Under the pieces are notes generated by a model. It made no database searches. It was not told where the DNA came from and saw only the letters and a list, made by a program, of their open reading frames with translations. From positions 3,456,001-3,520,000 of the forward strand of contig CAXXKJ010000002.1 in the NCBI GenBank assembly GCA_963675295.2: a stretch of DNA of 64,000 bases, in the 5' to 3' direction. The translations under genes were made by a program, and so were the position numbers. The first letter of the stretch is position 1; every line of letters begins with the position of its first letter. The DNA is from a bacterium. Lineage in GTDB: Bacteria; Electryoneota; Electryoneia; Electryoneales; Electryoneaceae. Of this stretch, positions 58,764 through 64,000 are shown one piece after another.

Positions 58764-59723
58764 TTAAAATTCGATGTATTGAAACAATTTTTGTTCAGAT
58801 TCTGGTAGCCGAGATATCAGTTTAACGTAATAACGCCGATTTATCGGCTTTATAAACGAAAGATACCCATATATTTTCATCCTCATCATTTTTTTGTCAT
58901 CAGTATCATTTTCTAACTTATTGTAGTGATATATCATTGATCGTATTGTACGGTATTTTCTCCTACCAACACTAACTTTATCATCATGTACTATTAAACC
59001 AGTTACTAATTTTCTCATTCCCGGCCCCATGATCCTTGTTTTCTCACTGTTTATTTTAAATTCTTCATCATTTACTATTTTTCCTACACCAATTCTTGCT
59101 TTACAAATCAGTTTTATATTATTTCCAGATATTGACATATCATCCGCGTATCTGCTATACGAAAGGCCTCTGGTTTTACAGTATCTATCTATTCTCTTAT
59201 CCATTATTTTAACTACTAAATTTGAAATCGCTGGTGATGTGGGAGCACCTTGAGGGAGCACTCCATTTCTTGTACAAAGTTTTGAAAGCATAAATGCAGC
59301 TTTATTACTGTATCCTAAATATCTGAATAGTAAGAATACGCGTTTTAAAGTAATACTGGGAAAAAAATCCTTTATATCAAGACATAATACAAATTTATTT
59401 CCCATATGAGCCTCTGCATTATCTATTATTGAGTATCCATATCTAAACCCTGTTGCATTATCGGGTAAATATATGCCAACTGGATCTAATACTCGTCTTA
59501 ATATCCATTTTTGTATCCCCTTCAACGTTGTTAATGGCGCATCTATGGCTCTATTTCCTCCGTTCTTTTTTTCAATATTAAAATGTATATAATATCTTGA
59601 TGAATCTTTAATAATATTAAATAATAAATATTTTGAAACACGTAATAAATAACTTAGCTCTTCCAAGGAATCGAAATCTGGAAGTTCCTCTACCTGGGCA
59701 ATATGTTCTGCAATCGGATCCAT
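58764..59723 (-). CDS. Retron reverse transcriptase
   Basis: KKNGGNRAIDAP, NAEAH (retron region X NAxxH), DIKDFFPSI, LPQGAPTSP, YSRYADD, VTG (region Y); 319 aa. Confidence 0.93.
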   Translation of the reverse strand: MDPIAEHIAQVEELPDFDSLEELSYLLRVSKYLLFNIIKDSSRYYIHFNIEKKNGGNRAIDAPLTTLKGIQKWILRRVLDPVGIYLPDNATGFRYGYSIIDNAEAHMGNKFVLCLDIKDFFPSITLKRVFLLFRYLGYSNKAAFMLSKLCTRNGVLPQGAPTSPAISNLVVKIMDKRIDRYCKTRGLSYSRYADDMSISGNNIKLICKARIGVGKIVNDEEFKINSEKTRIMGPGMRKLVTGLIVHDDKVSVGRRKYRTIRSMIYHYNKLENDTDDKKMMRMKIYGYLSFIKPINRRYYVKLISRLPESEQKLFQYIEF

Positions 59724-59738
59724 GACTGTTTAAAAAAG

Positions 59739-59892
59739 GGATCGGAGTGAACTTTCCTAACTCTGAGAAATCCGTCAACTAAGCGACAGCCGAGCGAAGG
59801 CTGTCGCTTAGTTGAACGAGAGATGCTACATAACCTCATGGACGGCGCAACACCATCCGTAGTGTTCTAAGGAAGTGTAAACACTCCGATCC
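59739..59892 (-). ncRNA. Retron msr-msd non-coding RNA
   Basis: 11-bp perfect a1/a2 inverted repeat (59739-59749 / 59882-59892); CCTTAG with candidate branching G at 59867; msr stem-loop near 59840-59858; 17-bp perfect msd stem 59775-59791 / 59799-59815. Confidence 0.85.
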
Positions 59893-59899
59893 GCAGCCC

Positions 59900-60787
59900 T
59901 CAATAAGCATCTAGAATGTAGTTGCTTCGAATTAAATCAAAAGATGTAGAATGTTGTATTGTCTTTTTAACCAATCCTGACACAAAAGCATACCCTTGAC
60001 TTGTAATTTCATAATTATACCCCTGTACTTTTAAATACAAATCATTTATTAAAATATTTAACGATATAGGGATATTTTCATCTGCAACTTTTTGTGAATC
60101 AGGTATATTATGCAAATCAAGTAAGTATTTATACGCATCTATCAATATAGGTTCCGGAAACATATCAACAAATGAAGAGAAAAACAAGACAAAAAACTTT
60201 ATCTCAAGAGGATTTGATATAAAATCTTCTAATGATGTCTTCTTATCTCCAACAATTTTCCTTACTGCACTATGAATGTTTTTTATGATCTGCTTGCTGT
60301 ATTCATCGCTTAATATATTATCAAGATCATAGTATATAATTATGGAATCAGTATGTTTATCAAGATATCTAACGGGACCTTGCATTATAAAACTATTAGC
60401 ATTTTTGTATTGTTCATCAACTAAAACTATTAATTTATCTTTAAGTTTTTCATGATTTGTGAAGGATCCTAGCTCTGTAAAAGATCCAGGACTCTCTGGT
60501 ATGATTAAAACTGACTCCACACTTGACGCTAGTGTATTTTCTAATTCTAGTAGATTATATTTTTTACCTCTATATAGTAGATCTGTAAAAATATGTTCAG
60601 GATAATACACTTCTACATCAAAACCATATGCCTTTATTTCTAAAAGCCTATTTTTTATAATTTTTCTGATTGATTCTTGTTCATTAATGCTTTTACCAAC
60701 AATAAATAATTTTATCCTTTTTTCTATTAGGCTAGGATATATAAGGTCTAATGTATCCCTTGCTATATTTCGAGTCGTCGAATTCAT
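59900..60787 (-). CDS. Retron type II-A-like effector (NDT-like domain + putative C-terminal winged helix)
   Basis: YPEH.F..L, NLLELEN.LA, IIPESPGSFTELGSF, SFI.QGP; C-terminal Y.IT..G motif. Confidence 0.85.
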   Translation of the reverse strand: MNSTTRNIARDTLDLIYPSLIEKRIKLFIVGKSINEQESIRKIIKNRLLEIKAYGFDVEVYYPEHIFTDLLYRGKKYNLLELENTLASSVESVLIIPESPGSFTELGSFTNHEKLKDKLIVLVDEQYKNANSFIMQGPVRYLDKHTDSIIIYYDLDNILSDEYSKQIIKNIHSAVRKIVGDKKTSLEDFISNPLEIKFFVLFFSSFVDMFPEPILIDAYKYLLDLHNIPDSQKVADENIPISLNILINDLYLKVQGYNYEITSQGYAFVSGLVKKTIQHSTSFDLIRSNYILDAY

Positions 60788-60861
60788 GTCTTTGGCTCAC
60801 TTTTCTTGCATCCATCCCGAAGAGGACTGACGTGAAAACGCTGACAAGAGGAACCTATGGT

Positions 60862-60890
60862 AAGATATGCTCAATTAGTCGAGAAATCAA
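60862..60890 (-). promoter_or_regulatory. Putative sigma70 promoter of the retron operon
   Basis: TTGATT-N17-TATCTT on the minus strand about 75 nt upstream of the effector start. Confidence 0.35.
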
Positions 60891-61072
60891 TACTCTGAAC
60901 TTTACTTATATAAACCTATCAGGAATAGTTTTCGAAGGCCCTTTACCTAGCCTTCATTTGATTTACATCGAATTGAACTTTTCCTCTCCTCGTGGCCTCT
61001 ACTGGTAGACGGGTGCATGGGACGTCGTGTGGGTCGGCGTGCCTGTGTGGATCTGAAGCTGGAGAGGAAACC

Positions 61073-62794
61073 ATGAAGCAACCACGTTTGAATCGCACAT
61101 CCAGGCCGCACAGGGCCAGTACGTCTGAGCCGCACAGAGCCAGTACGTCGAAGCCGCGCAAAGCCGGTACTTCAGTGCCGTATAAGTCCACCGTTACCGA
61201 ATCCGCGTTTGCGAGCAAACACGGCCACGTATCAATGCACGGGCGGCTGACCCGCACCAGCCAGCTGGTACGGGCACACACACCAAGGGCGTACAACCTC
61301 CTCGCGTCCGCGTCTGCAAGCAGACACGGCCACGTATCAATGCACGGGCGGCTGACCCGCACCAGCCAGCTGGTACGGGCACACACACCAAGGGCGTACA
61401 ACCTCCTCGCGTCCGCGTCTGCAAGCAGACACGGGCACGTATCTCACGGGCACATATCTCACGGGCACGTATCTCACGGGCACATATCTCACGGGCACGT
61501 ATCTCCCCGGAACATGCCTAGCGGATCAGCCGCGTTTGCAAGCAAACACGGGCACTTATTTATCCACCCCATCCTGACGATCGTGTTGCTGCTGATGCTG
61601 ATCGCGGCGATACCGGGCTGCACACCGCGTGCGTCCGAAGAGATTCCGCGGCCGGAGGAGATTGTAAGCAAGCGGGTGATCGTGTATGACCAGCCGACGT
61701 ACGACGACCTGTCGCAGAAGTGGTCGGCGTATTATGACGCGTTCCCGTCGGAATACGCGTACGCCAACTGGATGTACGCCGCGCGGTATGCGAAGTGGGA
61801 CGATTACGAGACGTTGCTGAAGCGTGGGCTCAGCCTCTACCCTGCCAACCCGACGTTGCTGTACCTGATGTCGATGACGTTCGGCAACGGGTCGGAGGAC
61901 GCGCTGGCGTACACCGAGCGTGCGATCTACCTCGATCCGGGGTATACCGACCCGTATTTCAACCTCGTCGGCGAGGCGATGGCACGTGGCGACGACGAAC
62001 GCACGCGGACGGCGTTGGCGAAACTGCTCGAGCAGGGCGCGGTGGACGACCTCGTGCTGGATTACGGTTACAACATGCTGGCGACGTTGCAGCCGGACGC
62101 GATCCTGATCACGAACGGCGACAATGATACGTACCCGTGCTGGATTCTGCAGCAGGAGCTGGGGATTCGCACGGATGTGAACGTGATCAACCGGTCGTTG
62201 CTGAACACGGCGTGGTACCCAGGGTATGTGATCGAGCGTGGCGCGCCGCCGTTCATTCCGTTGGGCGAGGTAGACGCGTTCCAGGCGGAACACAAGGCGG
62301 AGTCCGGCGATCAACTGATTCTGCGGATCGTTGATGCGGCGGAGAAGCAGGGCCGGCCGGTGTATTTCGCGGCGACGATGTATGAAACTCCCGCGATCCA
62401 GCCGTTGATGGAGGATGCGCCGTTGTTCGGGCTGTCGCTGCTGGTCAGCGATCCAGGGCGGGACACGGATATCGACGCTGAACGGGAACGAGCCGCGCGG
62501 GTTATTCTGGACGAGTATCGCACGCAGGCGTTGCAAAGTTGGCGGACCCGGTACGCGTCGAAAACGGTCGCGGCGGGAGTGTCGATCTCGCGGAATTATT
62601 TCTACGCGACGTACGATCTGGCGACACATCTGGACTCGCGTACCTTGCAGCGTGACCTGTTCTTCTGGAATCGGGACAACACGTTCGGGCTGTTCGACGC
62701 GACCTCGGAGGACAACATGAAACGGGCGTGGTGCCGGATCGAGGGAGTCCCGGAAATCCGGGCGTGGTGCGAAGGTGAAGGCTACGAGGAGTAG
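61073..62794 (+). CDS. TPR-like putative lipoprotein with GDNDTYP motif and repeat-expanded N-terminus; start uncertain (61073 or 61515)
   Basis: GGAGAGG RBS before ATG 61073; lipobox-like IPGC; TPR-like helices; ILITNGDNDTYP..LQ...IR.DV.VIN.SLLN..WY. Confidence 0.65.
   Translation: MKQPRLNRTSRPHRASTSEPHRASTSKPRKAGTSVPYKSTVTESAFASKHGHVSMHGRLTRTSQLVRAHTPRAYNLLASASASRHGHVSMHGRLTRTSQLVRAHTPRAYNLLASASASRHGHVSHGHISHGHVSHGHISHGHVSPRNMPSGSAAFASKHGHLFIHPILTIVLLLMLIAAIPGCTPRASEEIPRPEEIVSKRVIVYDQPTYDDLSQKWSAYYDAFPSEYAYANWMYAARYAKWDDYETLLKRGLSLYPANPTLLYLMSMTFGNGSEDALAYTERAIYLDPGYTDPYFNLVGEAMARGDDERTRTALAKLLEQGAVDDLVLDYGYNMLATLQPDAILITNGDNDTYPCWILQQELGIRTDVNVINRSLLNTAWYPGYVIERGAPPFIPLGEVDAFQAEHKAESGDQLILRIVDAAEKQGRPVYFAATMYETPAIQPLMEDAPLFGLSLLVSDPGRDTDIDAERERAARVILDEYRTQALQSWRTRYASKTVAAGVSISRNYFYATYDLATHLDSRTLQRDLFFWNRDNTFGLFDATSEDNMKRAWCRIEGVPEIRAWCEGEGYEE
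61104..61505 (+). repeat. Nested tandem repeats with 21-, 105- and 15-bp units
   Basis: About 3 imperfect 21-bp units; 105-bp period (ACGG(C/G)CACGT at 61221, 61326, 61431); 5 x CACGGGCAC(G/A)TATCT. Confidence 0.85.
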
Positions 62795-62796
62795 CC

Positions 62797-63345
62797 GTGG
62801 ACGACTGGACGCTGTACCGGCAGGCAAAACGTGGCAACGAGGCGGCGTGGCGGATGTTGATCGCGCGGCACGGGCCACGTCTGCTCAACCTGGTCGCGTT
62901 CACGACAGGATCGCCGGAAGCGGCGCAGGACGCGGTGCAGGAGGTGTTTCTCGATTTGTACAAGCGTCCGCCGAAGCATCAGAAAGGGAGCCTGGCGTCG
63001 TACCTGAGCACGGCGGCGTGGCGGCTGGCGTTGAAGGCGAAGAAACGGCACGCGCGGGTGGTGCGGTTGCAGGTGGACGAAGATCATGCCGGTGGGATTG
63101 AAGATGAACAACCGTCGGCGCTGGACACGGTGCTCAAGTCGGAGCGGGATGTGTACGTGATGCGGGCGATCAACCGTCTCGAAGACGATCTGCGTGATGT
63201 GGTGTTGCTGCGGTTTTACGGCGGGTTGGCGTACGACGCGATCGCACGGGAAGTGGGCGTGCCGTTGGGGACGGTGAAGTCGCGGCTGTTCCGGGCGGTT
63301 CGGCTGTGTGGTGAACAGTTGAAGCAGATCGGGTGGCTGGACTGA
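62797..63345 (+). CDS. ECF sigma factor
   Basis: AQDAVQEVF; region 4.2 LAYDAIAREVGVPLGTVKSRLFRA. Confidence 0.92.
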   Translation: MDDWTLYRQAKRGNEAAWRMLIARHGPRLLNLVAFTTGSPEAAQDAVQEVFLDLYKRPPKHQKGSLASYLSTAAWRLALKAKKRHARVVRLQVDEDHAGGIEDEQPSALDTVLKSERDVYVMRAINRLEDDLRDVVLLRFYGGLAYDAIAREVGVPLGTVKSRLFRAVRLCGEQLKQIGWLD

Positions 63346-63577
63346 CAGGTGTGAGGTATGAGGTGTGAGGAACGGATGGCTGCGGATGATTCGCGGTAGT
63401 CTTCACTGTACTGCGGGCATCGGTCGGGGACGGAAAAGCCGCGATAGCCGTCGAAACAGACCGGCGGACAATCACGGGCACCGATCCACCAACCGCTGAC
63501 AGTACGAGAGACGAAGGACCAGAGACGAGAGACCAGTGGTGAGTTGTGAGTGATGAGGAACTGATCAGGATATAAAG

Positions 63578-63961
63578 ATGAATCACATTTCAGACGATCA
63601 GGTGCTGGCGTTTGTGCTCGGCACATTGGATGAGAAGGAACGCGCGCAAGTGGCGGAACATGTCACCGTTTGCAACGACTGCGCGGCGCGGGTTGAGGAA
63701 GCGCGGCGTGAAGTGAATGCGCTGGGCGGTGTGCAGACCGTGATTCCGGTGCCGGAAATACCGTTGCCGGTGAACCGTGGCACGGTGTGGCGGGAGATTG
63801 TGAAGGCGGCGGCGGTGCTGCTGGTCGGGTTCGCGATCGGGTGGGCCGTGACATCCCAGCGTGCGCCCGAGGTGGTGACCGTGGTGCCGTATGCGGTGAA
63901 CGCGTCCGCGCCGGTGGACAGCGGGCTGGTGGCGTCGGAGGCAGTGGATTTGCGGATCTAG
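63578..63961 (+). CDS. Zinc-finger (zf-HC2) anti-sigma factor
   Basis: H...EHVTVCNDC (HxxxCxxC) followed by a TM helix; downstream of the ECF sigma factor. Confidence 0.85.
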   Translation: MNHISDDQVLAFVLGTLDEKERAQVAEHVTVCNDCAARVEEARREVNALGGVQTVIPVPEIPLPVNRGTVWREIVKAAAVLLVGFAIGWAVTSQRAPEVVTVVPYAVNASAPVDSGLVASEAVDLRI

Positions 63962-64000
63962 GCAGATGACTTGCTATTGAAATCGGACGAATTCTCGTGA

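Noticed and set aside
58764-59723. Group II intron or CRISPR-associated RT
   Set aside because: The protein is short, with no maturase, HNH or Cas1 domain, and its neighbours are a retron-type effector and an msr/msd structure
59775-59815. 17-bp hairpin as a plain intrinsic terminator
   Set aside because: No U-tract directly follows on either strand, and it lies inside the a1/a2 repeats just upstream of a retron RT, fitting msd better
61204-61505. 105-bp and 15-bp repeats as a CRISPR array
   Set aside because: The units are contiguous tandem copies without unique spacers

Overview
GC-rich chromosomal window from a diderm bacterium, probably FCB-group or related (inferred from a T9SS-type C-terminal sorting domain, a TonB-dependent receptor and kdsC-lptC-lptA-lptB-rpoN). 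The housekeeping backbone (engB, trpS, scpAB, fbp, hemC, rpoN, lpt genes, a ClpX-like ATPase, trxA, hisS) is interrupted by lower-GC accessory blocks. The strongest find is an apparently complete type II-A-like retron in an AT-rich island at about 58.7-61.0 kb. It has an NDT-like effector, an msr/msd ncRNA readable directly from the sequence (a1/a2 inverted repeats, candidate branching G, perfect 17-bp msd stem) and a retron RT. A second AT-rich island carries a DUF4062-like + tandem ACT-like domain protein next to an IS200 transposase, a candidate undescribed sensor-effector. Other notable points are three unrelated secreted proteins sharing a C-terminal domain, tandem paralogs with conserved 5' and divergent 3' halves, several REP-like palindrome families (some in frame inside ORFs), a hicBA module inside trpS-scpAB, and a frameshifted histidine kinase. 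No rRNA, tRNA or CRISPR array was recognised. All family calls come from motif recognition by eye, not database searches.
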